From the human T2T-CHM13v2.0 reference genome, Homo sapiens, in the NCBI RefSeq assembly GCF_009914755.1, contig NC_060935.1: a stretch of 64,000 nucleotides of DNA; one strand, written 5' to 3'. Positions 43,200 through 61,234 of this stretch are shown piece by piece. Position numbers and translations under genes: made by a program. The notes beneath the pieces are model-generated. The model saw nothing but the letters and a program-made list of their open reading frames with translations, ran no database searches and was not told where the DNA came from. Positions within the stretch are counted from its first letter, which is position 1; every line of letters starts with the position of its first letter.

Positions 43200-45300
43200 A
43201 TGCTGCAAAGGTTACAGAAAACAGTAGTATTCTTTTCTACTGCTTCTAACACATGAATTCCACAATTCAGAGGCAACCACTTGCAGTCTTTGCCTTATTT
43301 CCTCTGTTGCTTCGTTGTATCTAAATTAACTTGCCTACACTGCTATTCTTGTTTTGGTTTACACATTACTGACTTCCTACTACAGAAGATGGGAATTTGG
43401 TTTTCTTTACACTCTGTGGTGGTGTAGGGATGTTCACAGTATGGTAATACATAAATTTTGTTTAAAATAGTATTTAATGTTTAACATATTCTGTTCAAAC
43501 TGTGTAACAATTACTCGTAGCTGAGCCATTGTACAACTTTTCTTGCTACCTTATGTTTTTTTCATAGTTAATAATTGCCTCACTTTTTATTTGCTTAGTT
43601 TCTTTGTACCTATTACTAACTCCCTAACTTTGTGACATAAGATTCCTTTCAATATTATCAAGAACACCTAGTAATTTTTCAGTTATATTTTTCCCTCTGT
43701 GGAGCTACATCATTTGTTTAAGTTTGTTATCTTGTTCCGGTCTTGTCTGACTGCTTGAGACTTCCGTTTACCTCTGTAATTTGTTGAATCCCAGTTGTCT
43801 TTTTGGATTTACTCTGTATTTTACTGCTTGTGGCCGTAGGTAGATATTTTTAGATCTTTAGATCTTGCAAATCTGGAAATATTTTTATATTATTTTCATA
43901 ATTAAGAGTTTGATTAATACAGATTTCTATGTGAGAAATTCCTTACCTTCCAAATTTTAAGGCATTATTTTATTGTCTTCTAGTTGCAAGTATTGCTGTT
44001 GAGTAGTCCCGGGTTGTTTTGATTCCTGTTTCTTTGTTTAATGAAATTTCAGGATGTGGTTTAATGTGAGTCTCTAAAAAATCACTGTGCTGAGTATGAG
44101 TACTTAGCAGGCTCTTTCACTTTGGGAATTCATATCCTTGTATTGAGAAATATCCTAGTGTAATTTTGTGTCCTCTACTCTATTTCTTTGTTTTTCTGTT
44201 TGAATTCCTGGAAGAGTTTCTCAACTTTTATTTGGAATTTTTTTACTAAAATTTATAGTTTTGCTGTTATAATTTCTTAGAGTCCTTCAGTTCTCTAAAG
44301 TGTTCCTTTTCTTATAACATCCTATTCTTGTTTTATGGTTGCAGTGGATGTGTTTTTGTGGGTACTTTTCAGAAATTTCTTTTGATCTTCCATTTAATTT
44401 ATTTCTTCCACATTTCTTTTTTCTGTTTATTTTGCTCTGTCTTTCCTGTTAAAGGAATTCCTTAAATGCCTATTGATTCTTGTTTGCCTTTTATTTAAAA
44501 GTTACTTTGAAGCTTATGGAAGCTCACTGTTTTTATTTGTGGGTCTTTACTTATTTCAATGTGTAATTTCCAAAAGTTAGCATCTACCTATTTCAATATG
44601 TAATTTCCAAAAGTTAACATCTTGTGGGTCTTTTTTCTTGGGCTGCTTTTTTTTTTCCTAGAGAGGGATCCTCTTATTACCTATCACGAGAATGGGAAAG
44701 TGGTTGGGATATAAGCAGAGTTCCACTGCTTTTGGATCAATGGAAAGAGATATAGTAGGTGGTGAGGTGGGATGGATGGTGGCCTAACATTCGCTGTGTA
44801 TGGTTTGACTTAATATCCCATCGTTATTAGTATAGTGTCTCACTTCTGCCCTAATTATCCTACCTCTGTTTTTTTTCCTTTAGGGAATCTTCTCTTAGTA
44901 TGAGAGGGAGGTGATCGGTGTCTAACTGGGTAGACAAGAAGAGAGGAGTCTAACTCCTTTTTAGACTGCTTTGCAGCCAGTCCACCAGTTCTCAGTCTTA
45001 CCTGCATTCTGGCTTTCTGGTGCCTTTCTATTGATGCTCCTAATTCCTAAGGTTCTGCTGAACAAATTAGCATGTCTTCTGACTCTTCAGAGAGTGAAAT
45101 TGTAGCTACCTTTGTACTGTTAAGTCAGTTACTCTCTTGTTCATGCTCCAAAGTTTCATTGATATTTTTTGTGTTCTGTCTGTCCCTTATTGTGTTCTTT
45201 TTTTCTTTGTGGTTTATACTCTTTTATTTCCTTCTGTCATTTTTGTAGTATTTCTGGAGTGAGTAACGTTAAGTCTGTATGTTCACTGTAGTATATTTAA
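43200..45300 (-). mobile_element. Highly degenerate L1ME/HAL1-like sequence
   Basis: gaggcaaccact, ttttaaggcattattttattgtcttctagttgcaagtattgctgttgag. Confidence 0.45.
44549..44622. repeat. 37-bp tandem dimer
   Basis: ac(t/c)tatttcaat(g/a)tgtaatttccaaaagtta(g/a)catct x2. Confidence 0.92.
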
Positions 45301-45406
45301 TGTAATGGCTTTTCTTCATTTTGAAATTCTTTACTCTTGAGAAATTGTTTACTCTTGACTTCTAGGATTTTATTTTTCTGGAATGCCTTCTGATTCTCAA
45401 TGTTAC

Positions 45407-45683
45407 TTTATTTTTTGAGACGGATTTTCACTCTTGACGCCCAGGCTGGGCTTGGCTCACTGCAACCTCCACCTCCTGGTTCAAGCGATTCTCCAGCCTC
45501 AGCCTTCCAAGTAGCTGGGATTACAGGCATGTGCCACCATGCCTGGCTGATTTTTTGTATTTTTAGTAGAGACGGGTTTCGCCATGTCGGTCAGGCTGGT
45601 CTCAAACTCCTGACCTCAGGCGCCCCACCCGCCTCGGCCTCCCAAGGTGCTGGGATTACAGGCGTGAGCCACCGCATCCGGCC
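45407..45683 (-). mobile_element. AluS with a ~16-bp internal deletion
   Basis: ccaggctggg joined directly to cttggctcac; TSD-like atgtta(c/t)ttt. Confidence 0.9.
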
Positions 45684-47757
45684 CTTATGTTATTTTTGAG
45701 TCTTCCCTGCTGTATCCTTTTCTTTTGCCTCATTTTATATGTTGTTATTTCCTATTATTCTTTTCTTCTGTTTAACTTTCTTGATTTGCCTCATCAAGTT
45801 TTCTGGTTATAATCAACTCTTTATACACTGATGACACCAAAATGATATTGATAGTTCTTACCTATACTCTGAGGTCCGGTTCCATAATATCTGTTAGGCA
45901 TCTTTTTTTATGCATCTCCCACATATATCAGTTTCCTTACCTCTTCTCCAGTTCTCCACCTCTTGTACCCTTGGATTTTATTTGATGTATGTTTAGTTTT
46001 TAAATTTAAAATTCCGTGATGTTTCTAAGTTTATAAATTCTTAAAATTTATATTTAGTAGAGCATCCTTCAAATTACATATTTTTGATTATTAAAGGTTA
46101 GAAATGCATTCCTATTATGCCAGGCTAGAAAAATAAAAGCACATATTGAACAGAGGAACATGCACCCTATTCTTGTCTCGGCCATCATGCACTCTCAACC
46201 ATCTCATGAAGTCTTTTTCCTTCAGCCCCACTGGCCATCTTATTTGTACTCAAACATGCCAAGTATGATCCTACCTACAGGCTCTTGTGGTCTTTTGACT
46301 AGAACCTTCTTTCCTCCAATTTTCAAATTAGTTGATATATTGACATCTTGTAGAGGGGGTTTTGGCAAATAGTAGGTATCGAGTTATTGTCAGCAAGTAT
46401 TACTGTCATTATCGTTGTAATATCCATACTGGCTATTCACTTTCTGGTTTCACTTAGTTTCCATTCAAATTATCTTCTCCTAAAAGAGGCCACCCTTGAT
46501 TTACTCTATTTAAAATATCCCTTCTACCTCATTGTTATTCATATGCTTATTATGCTTAATTTTTTTCATTGCACATATTCACATGCATATGACTTATTTA
46601 TTTCTGTAGTTATTTGCTTCCACTTTCCCCTAGATGTAAACTCCTTAAAAATAAGGGCATTGTCAAATTGACTCTATCGCTAATTCCTTCAATTTGCCCT
46701 TTACAGTGCTTATGAAATAATTGTTCGATAAATTCTAAACTAACCAATCAATATCCTTTTCTTTCTGTATATTACAGTGTTCTACACTGTATCAGTGGAT
46801 TTTCCATTAAGTACTCTTTAGATACAATCCTAAAGAATGTTTTATTAGGGTCTAAATCCTCAGCAGTTGTAAGATGGGGAAGCATTGGAAATAAGAATAA
46901 CTATTTTTTTTAATTGTGGTAAAATATATACAATGTTAAGTTTACTGTTTTGGCCATTTTTCTGTGTACAGTTCACTGGCATTAAGTAAATTCACATTGT
47001 TGTGCGTTCACTACTACTATCCATCTCCAGAACTTTGTCATTAAACTGAAACTCTATGTCCATCATATAGTGCCTCCCCATTTCTCCTCTCTCAGCCTCT
47101 AGTAACCACTGTTCTACTTTCTGTCTCAATGAATTTCACTACTCTAGATACTTCATATAAGTGAATCATTCAGTATTTGTTGTTTTGCTTCTTGCTTAGT
47201 TCACTTAGCATAATATCTTCAGTGCTCATCCATGTTGTATACTATATCAGAATTTCATTCTTTTCTAAGTCTGAATAATACTCCATTGTATGTATATACC
47301 GTATTTTGTTTATTCATTTATTCATTGATGGACACTTGGGTTGCATCTACATCTAGGCTGTTGTAAATAATACTACTGTGAACATATGCAGATATCTCTT
47401 TGAGAGCCTACATTCAGTAGTTATGGATATATACCCAGAAGCAGGGTGGCTGGGTTGTATGATAATTCGATGTGTAAATTTTAAAGTAACTGCCTTACTG
47501 TTTTCCACAGTGGCTGTGCCATTTTTCATTCCTATCAGCAGTGTACAAGGGTTCCAATTTCTCCACATCCTTCTCAACACTTGATATCTTCTGTCTTTTT
47601 GATAATAGCCATTCTAATGGATGGGAAGTGGTATCTCACTGTGGTTTTGATTTGCATTTCCCTAATGATTAGTGATGTGGAGCATCATTTCATGTGCTTA
47701 TTGGCTATTTGTATATGTTCTTTGGATAAATTTCTTCAAGTCCTTTGCCCAGTTTTT

Positions 47758-48094
47758 AATTGGGTTGTTTAGTTTTTGTTGTTGAGTAGTAGGAGTTCCT
47801 AATATACTCTGGATATTAACTCCTCATCAGATATGCAATTTGCAGGTGTTTTCTGTTTCATGAGTTGTTTTTTAATTTTGTTGATAGAGTCCTTTGATGC
47901 ACTAAAGTTTTTAATTTTTGGTGAAATTGGGTTGTTTAGTTTTTGTTGTTGAGTAGTGGGAGTTCCTAATATACTCTGGATATTAACTCCTCATCAGATA
48001 TGCAATTTGCAGGTGTTTTCTGTTTCATGAGTTGTTTTTTAATTTTGTTGATAGAGTCCTTTGATGCCCTAAAGTTTTTAATTTTTGGTGAAAT
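47758..48094. repeat. 167-bp near-perfect tandem duplication
   Basis: 47758-47924 vs 47925-48091; two mismatches seen; aat microhomology. Confidence 0.95.
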
Positions 48095-48099
48095 CCAGT

Positions 48100-48477
<378 letters not shown>

Positions 48478-48610
48478 TAAAGCTTTCCCCTTATGTTTTC
48501 TTTTAAGATTTTTATAGTTTTAGGTCTTAAATTTATGTCTTTGATCCATTTTGAGTTGATTTTTGTATATGGTAGAGGTAAAGGTCTAACTTCATTCTTT
48601 TATATGTGGA

Positions 48611-49193
48611 TGTAACTGTAAGAGGTCCATTGCCCAATGTGTGCAGCAAGTCAGTACACCAAGACATCAGATTGTAGCAGAGAGAGATGTTTAAGTTTAG
48701 GGCCACTGACTGAGGAGATGAGAGGAATCCTCAAATCCATCTCCCTGTGGAATTTGGGGCTAGAGTTTTGAAGGCTTTTGGAGTGTGCCAGAGTTTGGAG
48801 ATGGTTGGTTGGTCCAAGAGTGCAGGGTGAGATCATGGGACAGGGAGACAAAGGAACTGTATTCTCATGCTAATTTGGTTCCTCTTTGGGGATCTTTAAG
48901 TTGGTTGGTGTCAGCTGTTTTACTGGAATTCAGGATCTGTTTAAGTATTCCATATCTTGAATAAGCAAAAGCCTTATGATTCTAACATCAGAGACCCTAT
49001 CTGTCTTAAAAAATGTCTTACAACCTTAGTGTCAGAAATTCTATCTATAGTAACAATGGGGATTCAAATGGACAGTATGTACTGTTTCTAGACTTTTTCT
49101 TACAAGGAAGTGGGTCAAAGTGCAGCTGATTTATGCTTAATTATAACTATATTTCTATTCAAAATTCTTGTTAAGCCTGTGAGGACAGTTTCA
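48611..49193 (-). mobile_element. ERV1-class solo LTR (LTR26-like)
   Basis: TG...CA termini, 583 bp, 4-bp TSD tgga (48607-48610 and 49194-49197); L1MB is collinear across it. Confidence 0.8.
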
Positions 49194-50160
49194 TGGATTT
49201 CCAGTTTTTTAAAGTACTTTTGAAAAGATTGTCCTTTGTGCACTCAATAGTCTTATTTCCCTGGTCAAATATCATTTGATCATATATGCAAGGTTTTATT
49301 TTTGGGTTCTCTGTTCTATTCGATTGTCTTAGATGTCCATCTTTATGATAGTACCACATATTTTTGATTACTGTAGGTTTGTAGTAAGTTTTAAATCCGA
49401 AAGTGAGTCCTTCAACTTTCTTCTTCTTTTTTCAAGTTTGTTTTGTTTATTTGGGGTCCCTTAACGTTCTATATGAATTTCAGGATGGATTTTTCTAGTT
49501 CTGCAACATGTGCCATTGGGATTTTAATAGGGATTGCATTGAATCTGTAGATCACTTTGGGTTGTATTGTCATCTTAATAATAAGTATTCCAAACCATGA
49601 GCACAGGATGTCTTTTTATTTATTTGTGTCTTCTTCAATTTCTTTCAGCAATGTTTTGTTGTCTTCAGATTACAAGTCTTTCACTTCCTTGTTTTATTTT
49701 TCCCTAGGAGTTTTTTTTTATGCTGTTGTAAATGGAATTGTTTTCTTAATTTCCTTTTCTGATTGTTCATTGTTAGTGTATAGTGAGCAATAACTATTTT
49801 GGTGTGTCACCTAATATATGACATTACTAAATTACTTTATCTCCTGTCTCTATATTAGTAGCAGATAAGTGATTTGAACTAAATTCAAATGGAAACTAAA
49901 TTCAGAATAAATGATAACTTCCAAGTTGAATTTAAATGCTACATTTGAACTTAATTTTTGTTCATTAAACTAAGGTTTAAACTTGTCTAAGCAAACTAAT
50001 TCGAAACTATAGTCCTGGAAGAATACCAGATTATCAAAATAACCATTTGAAACAATTAAGTTTGAGCTCTTAAAAGATTGTGATTATGATATTTCTGGGG
50101 TATAATGTATAACTTCTAGCTCTTATTGTGCCTTGTAGATAGTTCTCTAGTTGCGTTGCA

Positions 50161-50315
50161 TTTCTTTTCTTTCTTTCTTTCTTTTGTTTTTTTTTTTTTT
50201 AGACAGGGTCTCACTCTGTCATCTAGGCAGTGGCTCAATCATAGCTTACTGTAGCCTTGAACTCCTGGACTCAAGTGATCCTCTTGCCTGAGTAGCTAGG
50301 ACTATAGGCATATAC
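50161..50315 (-). mobile_element. AluJ/FRAM right-arm fragment
   Basis: 40-nt pyrimidine tail, then agacagggtctcactctgtc...atagcttactgtagccttgaactcctgg. Confidence 0.82.
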
Positions 50316-50363
50316 AACTTATTGATCGTTCTCTAGAAGTTGCTGGATATATAATAGTATTGA

Positions 50364-50522
<159 letters not shown>

Positions 50523-51210
50523 TGAGAATTTTGATATAGTTATTAGTTGTTAATTTATAGTTTGCGATTTTAAAATATAAAATGTGATGAAATCTATGAT
50601 GCTTTGTCTAAGAAATAGAGAGATATCTGATGTATATAATATTGAGTGTACCTGATGAACAAATCCATTTTAATTCATAGTCATGTTGGAACCAGATCTT
50701 AGATTGAAAACAAATTACTGTCTTTTTACCTTTAGTTATCAAATATCTTTACTCTTAAAAAATGACATTTTATTAGTAACTTCTACAAATGTTTTTAATG
50801 AAAAAAGAGTTCCTTAGCTTTTGCTTTCTTTCTATTTTGTGTTATACAGAACTGATACTTATTTCTTAAGATAAAATAATCGGAAATGTTGAACATTTAC
50901 TACACGTGGAGAGAAGGGAAGGAAGAGGGAGAGGGAGAGGGAGAAAAAAGCTGGAGAGGATTTTGTCTGCAGATGCTAAGTTTTGACTTTTTAAAATGCT
51001 CCTGTCAATCCTTTAGAAGATTTTTCTATCATCTCACATACATTTTCATGTTAAAATTATTACCAGCTTGATTACCACTTTGTCTGCTCTTTCTTTATTT
51101 TCTCCTTTACTAAGACAAATTTAGGTTGAGGTCGAATGTAACACCAAATTGTTATGTTCCTTTTTCTATTCTAATGGCAAATACTTAAGGATAAAATACA
51201 GAAATCCCTA

Positions 51211-51334
51211 TTTTTGAGGAGATGGGGTCTTGCTATGTTGCTTAGGCTGGTCTTGAACTCCTGGCCTCAAGCGATTATCCTGCCTTTACCTCACAGAGTG
51301 CCGGCATTACAGGCATGAGCCACCATGCCTAGCC
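51211..51334 (-). mobile_element. FLAM_C monomer
   Basis: TSD-like agaa(a/t)tccctatt. Confidence 0.85.
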
Positions 51335-51573
51335 CTTAGAATTCCCTATTCTTGAATTAAGTTTGATGTTATTTAATGTAATATTTATAATTCAGAAACC
51401 TAAATATTTAGTAGTGGAAGTGAGTATCTAAGGAGTTAAATAGAATTGTATTACTTCATGACTATAAATGTGTTGGTTGATGTATTTGCTCATTAGGCAG
51501 AAATGTGCCAACATTTGAAAAGTATGTACACTCTAAATATTTAATTATATATTTGCAAATCACCTTGGTATAA

Positions 51574-51873
<300 letters not shown>

Positions 51874-52692
51874 TAACCTTGGTATAATTTATAAAGTATA
51901 TTTTGTCTATACAGAAAGACTTAATTGATCCCTTTGTATTCTCAAACATTGAAGTATGTGGTGTCATTTTGAAAAAAGAAAACTTACAGCAATAAGGTCA
52001 GATGTAGTAATCTGCCTATGATGTCTAAAAATGAATTTCAGATTTTAGTAATTACTATATATTTTTTTCATAGGGTGGGCAATGAACTGTTGAACTTATC
52101 TTCTTTTATAGGATGGTTAGGGAAATGTATGCAGCACAGCTGTATAAGTAATCACCTGAGCATATCAACGCATTGGATATATACTTATTTTACTTAATAG
52201 GCAGGAAATAGTTAAAATAGCTGGCTTTTGATCAATTTTTCTACTAATTATTAGATGTTGTTCCATGTGGCCAACCTGGTTAACAAGTATTAGTGTCAGA
52301 CAAAGTGTTTAAGCACTCTCTGACCTTCAGTTTCTATAATGAGGTTAAAAGTGTAAGATGTACATATATTTCTTACATTTTAAGAGCTCTGAAAATGGAA
52401 TGTGTCTTCTAATTAATGGCACCTCATAGTTACCGTCTGCTATTCTTCACATTTTAATGTCTCTAAAATTAGGAAATTTCTTTTTTTCCCCACTGACTTT
52501 TTTGGTTCTCAGGAAATTTGTCTGTGGTATGTCAGGATTGATAAAATAATATTTTGTGGTTTAAAAAGTATAGAGTGACGTGTAGCATGCATTCATTAAA
52601 TGGTAGTTAGGATAGGCCACTAATTAGTTTTAATTTAATGATTTGATTTTTGGAAGTAGAGGAGACAAAACAAATCAAAGATACTACTGAAT

Positions 52693-52693
<1 letters not shown>

Positions 52694-52742
<49 letters not shown>
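52694..52742. repeat. (CA)n microsatellite with a (CG)3 interruption
   Basis: Direct reading. Confidence 0.95.
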
Positions 52743-52744
<2 letters not shown>

Positions 52745-53544
52745 CCCATAGATTTTCCGAGACGGTTGGCTAAATGCTATGGAAATGGGTGCTATGATTC
52801 TTGACTTTAGAGGAGCTTACTCTCTGGTCGGGGAAACAATTCTATCAATAATTGGAAAAAGGAAAAAGTCTGGGAGAGTGTGGAAATAGTTTAAGTTGAG
52901 TCTGGAACTAACCAGTGTCCAGATTCTACTTGGTTTGTGCTAAATTTAAACTGTGTTTTAGTATAAGAACAATGGTAGATAATCTGTTTGAGAGTAGGAG
53001 TAAACTAAAAGGTTAATAATTTAAAGGATTATTTAAAATACAACCTGAAATCATTGTATTTATCAATATTGGAAAATTTATAATATGCTAAGGGAGGAGA
53101 GCAGCAAGTGGTTAATTTATTTGTCCTAGGGCATTTAAAAAAATGTGCTAGGCCAGTACTGCGAAAATATTTGTTAAGCGGGGATTCATAGGTAGCCTCA
53201 TGACAAGTGTATCAGGTAAGAGAAAAAAAGTTGGTATATCCAAATTACAAAAATATCAGTCTTTCAGTGAATTTATCCAGATACATGATGACAATAAACT
53301 TTGCATGTGTTTCCTCCTCCCTGTTCTGGCTTTAATGCTGTATTTTGTGTACTTACTGGACATTTCTGCTTAGATATTTGAAGAAATTTTGAAATGGGAG
53401 AAGATTTTCCGCTCTCTGAAAGTAAGATAGTCTTTGAAGGTGTTTGAAACTTATTTTATAGGTTATAGTGTATTATAGGAGGTCTTAAGCAGAGGAGTGA
53501 TACTTTATCTTTTAAAAATCCTCCTTTTAACTCTCCAAGGGAGA

Positions 53545-53680
53545 AATTACACTGGTCATCTTATAGATGAACTGAGGCTCAGAGAAGTTAAACATTTTGC
53601 CTGTGGTCAAATAGCTAGGAAATTGGAGAGCTAGGATTTGAACCCTTGTCTCCAAAGTTCATTGATTCTACTATGCAATA
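53545..53680 (-). mobile_element. MIR
   Basis: tatagatgaactgaggctcagagaagttaa..ttgcctgtggtca..tagctagga...ggatttgaaccc. Confidence 0.8.
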
Positions 53681-54035
53681 TAATTGCCCTGAATGTACAG
53701 TAATTCACTTACTTAGACTAGAGTTTCCTAATTTTTATTAGCTGTAGGTAATTATTATTAGTTTGACAGTTGAAAAATAGCATTGCAGTTAAAGTTTCCA
53801 AGATAATCAGCAATGACTTTTATGCATTCTAATTATTACTATTATCTTTTCATGTTCACAGAATAATATATGGCTTAAAATGAATAGGAAAAAAATACCC
53901 TTCACAAATCTATTACCTCATTAAATGTTTAACTATGGTGATGTTCTTTATAAAGTCCTGTATAAGGAGTAGCTGGACCTTTGTGCATTAATTGACTCAC
54001 ATAAGCTGGAAAGGAGATCATTTTTCTGTGTTGAA

Positions 54036-54325
54036 TTTTGTTTTTGAGATGGAGTCTCACTCTCTCGCCCAGACTGGGGTGCAGTGGTGCAATCTAGGCT
54101 CACTGCAACCTCTGCCTCCCAGGTTCAAGTGATTCTCCTGCCTCAGCCTCCTGAGTAGTTGGGACCACATGCATCCACTACCACACCTGGCTAATTTTTG
54201 TTTTTTTAGTAGAGATGGGGTTTCACCATGTTGGCCAGCATGGTCTCCATCTCTTGACCTCGTGATCTGCCCTCTTCCGCCTCCCAAAGTGTTGGAATTA
54301 CAGGCATGAGCCGCTGTGCCTGGCC
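54036..54325 (-). mobile_element. AluSc-like
   Basis: tctcttgacctcgtgatc; TSD gttgaatttt. Confidence 0.92.
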
Positions 54326-56150
54326 TGGGTTGAATTTTTTAAATGGGTTTCCCTATTTGAGGGGCTAACTTTTAAAATAATCATTAAAATTAATGAATGA
54401 ACTGCAGATTCAATAATCAGTAGTTATTGAATGTGCTTGGTTCAAAAGTGATATTTTTCTATTTCTGACAGAAAGATGTAGTTCTGTCTTCTGCCTTCTG
54501 GGTGTTTGTGTTTAGGGTGAAACAAGTACTTTGTTAGAAGATAAGGTTACTCTCTTAAATTTATATATTTTAAAAATTATCTCTTTTCTTATATAACTTG
54601 AGACTAAAGCAGAAATTGGTGTTTTTTCATTTGGTTTTTCTTAATCTCAATTTTTGAAAGAGAACAAAGTTTAACAATTCTTTACCATAGGAAGGCAGGA
54701 TTTCAAACCCTGCTTCTTAATTAAATCATTTATTTTCTTTTTATCAGCTGATACCATATATCTTTCTTACAGCAGTGACAGAGAGTCACTGAGAACATGT
54801 AATGAACAAGCTAAGTGACTTCTGTAGCCAGTGAGTTGATTTGTCTATTGTGGCTCTATTGTTTGAATTTTTAAAATTTTTAAAATACCAGACATATCTA
54901 TTTTCATTTACTCAGGCATTTAAAATTTTCATATATTTGTGTTTAGCATTATATTTGGAGTTTTAGAGAGATTCATGAATGGAAAGAGAAATACACCTGC
55001 CTGTTAATTCAGCAAGAATTTATTGAACAGTTCTATATTCCTGACATTGTTTTAGATGCCTGTGATGCATCAATGAATAAAACTGGCCGGTATCTCTAGC
55101 CTTGGGGAGCTTATAATCTAGCCTATTAATAGCTCATGTTCTAATTATGAAAGAAAATAAAAAACATGCACAACAATTAGGTAGTAATTGCAGTTACTAA
55201 ACTTCAAAAGAATAAGCAAGTATATGGATTAAAAGCTCAGGTAATTTAAATAATAAAGAAATAAATGACTAATTAAAGTGGGGTTCAATTAATTCAGAAG
55301 ATGTCTTAAAGGAGGTATATCTTTTATTTTTTTTTGGAGAGTTTATTAAATAATTTTTTTTTATTATACTTTAAGTTCTGGGATACATGTGCAGAACGTG
55401 CAGGTTTGTTGCATAGGTATACACGTGCCATGGTAGTTTGATGCACCCATCAACCCGTCATCTACATTAGTTATTTCTTCTAATGCTATCCCTCCCCTAG
55501 CCCTCCAACGCCCGACAGGCCCCAGTGTTTGATGTTTCCCTCCCTGTGTCCATGTGTTCTCATTGTTCAACTCCCATTTATGAGTGAGAACATTTGGTGT
55601 TTGGTTTTCTGTTCCTGTGTTAGTTTGCTGAGAATGATGGTTTCCAGCTTCATCTATGTCCCTGCAAAGGACATGAAGTCATCCCTTTTTATGGCTGCAT
55701 AGTATTCCATGGTGTGTATGTGCCACATTTTCTTTATCCAGTCTATCACTTATGGGCATTTGGGTTGTTTCCAAGTCTTTGCTATTGTGAACAGTGCTGC
55801 AATTAACATACGTCTACATGTGTCTTTATAGTAGAGTGATTTATAATCCTTCATGTATATGCCCATTAATGGGATTGCTGGGTCAAATGGTATTTCTGGT
55901 TCTAGATCCTTAAGGAATCGCCACACTGTCTTCCACAATGGTTGAACTAATTTACACTTCCACCAACAGTGTAAAAGCATTCCTATTTCTCCACATCCTC
56001 TCCAGCATCTGTTGTTTCCTGACTTTTTAATGATCGCCATTCTAACTGGCGTAAGATGGTATCTTATTGTGGTTTTGATTTGCATTTCTCTAATGACCAG
56101 TGATGATGAGCTTTTTTTCATGTTTGCTGGCCTTATAAATGTCTTCTTTT

Positions 56151-59288
<3,138 letters not shown>

Positions 59289-59612
59289 TGATGGGGCTGT
59301 TTGTTTTTTTCTTGTAAATTTATTTAAGTATTAGCCCCTTGTTAGATGGATAGATTGTAGAAATTTTCTCCCATTCTGTAGGTTGCCTGTTTGCTCTGAT
59401 GATAGTTTATTTTGCTGTGCAGAAACTCTTTAGTTTAATTTGATGCTATTTTCAATTTTGGCTTTTGTTGCCATTGCTTTTGGTGGTTTAGCCATGAAGT
59501 CTTTGCCCATGGCTATGTCCTGAATGGTATTGCTTAGGTTTTCTTCTAGGGTTTTTATGGTTTTAGGTCTTACGTTTAAGTCTTTAATCCATCTCGAGTT
59601 AATTTTTGTTTA

Positions 59613-59720
<108 letters not shown>

Positions 59721-60991
59721 TTAGTCAAAGATCAGATAGTTGTAGATGTGTGTCGTTATTTCTGAGGCCTCTGTTCTGTTCCATTGGCCTATATATCTGT
59801 TTCGGTACCAGTACCATGCTGTTTTGATTACTGTGGCCTTGTAGTATAGTTTGAAGTAAGGTAGTGTGATGCCTCCAGTTTTGTTCTTTTGCTTAGGATT
59901 GTCTTGGCTATATGGGCTATTTTTTGGTTCCATATGAAATTTAAAGTAGTTTTTTCTAATTCTGTGAAGAAAGTCAATGGTAGCTTGATGGGGATAGCAT
60001 TGAATCTGTAAATTACTTTGGGCAATATGGCCATTTTCACAATATTACTTCTTCCTATCCATGAGCATGGAATATTTTTTCCATTCGTTTGTGTCATCTC
60101 TTATTTCCTTGAGCAGTGGTTTCTGGATCTCTTTGAAGAGGTCCTTCTTATCCCTTGTAAGTTGTATTCCTAGGTGTTTTATTCTCTTTGTAGCAATTGT
60201 GAATGGGCATTTGCTCAAGATTTGGCGTTCTCTTTGTCTGTTATCAATGTGTAGGAATGCTTGTGATTTTTGCACATTGATTTTGTATCCTGAGACTTTG
60301 CTAAGTTGCCTGTCAGCTTAAGGAGATTTTGGGCTGAGACGATGGGGTTTTCTAAATATACAATTATGTCATCTGCAAACAGAGATAATTTGACTTCCTC
60401 TCTTCCTATTTGAGTACCCTTTATTTCTTTCTCTTGCCGGATTGCCCTGGCCAGAACTTCCAATACTATGTTGAATAGGAGTGGTGAGAGAGAGGGCATC
60501 TTTGTCCTGTGCCCATTTTCAAAGAGAATGCTTCCAGCTTTTGCCCAGTTAGTATGATATTGTCTGTGGGTTTGTCATAAATAGCTCTTATTATTTTGAG
60601 ATATGATCCATCAATACCTAGTTTCTTGAGTGCTTTTAGCATGAAGGGGTGTTGAGTTTTATCAAAGGCCTTTTCTGCATCTATTGGGATAATCATGTGG
60701 TTTTTGCCATTGGTTCTGTTTATGTGATGGAGTACGTTTATTGATTTGTGTATGTTGAACCAGCCTTGCATCCCAGGGATGAAGCTGACTTGATCATGGT
60801 GGATAAGCTTTTTGATGTGGTGCTGGATTTGGTCTGCCAGTATTTTATTGAGGATTTTCGCATCGATGTTCATCAGGGATATTGGCCTGAAATTTCCTTT
60901 TTTTTGTTGTGTCTCTGCCACGTTTTGGTATCAGGATGATGCTGGCCTCATACAATGAGTTGAGGAGGAGTACCTCTTTTTGTATTCATCA

Positions 60992-61234
<243 letters not shown>

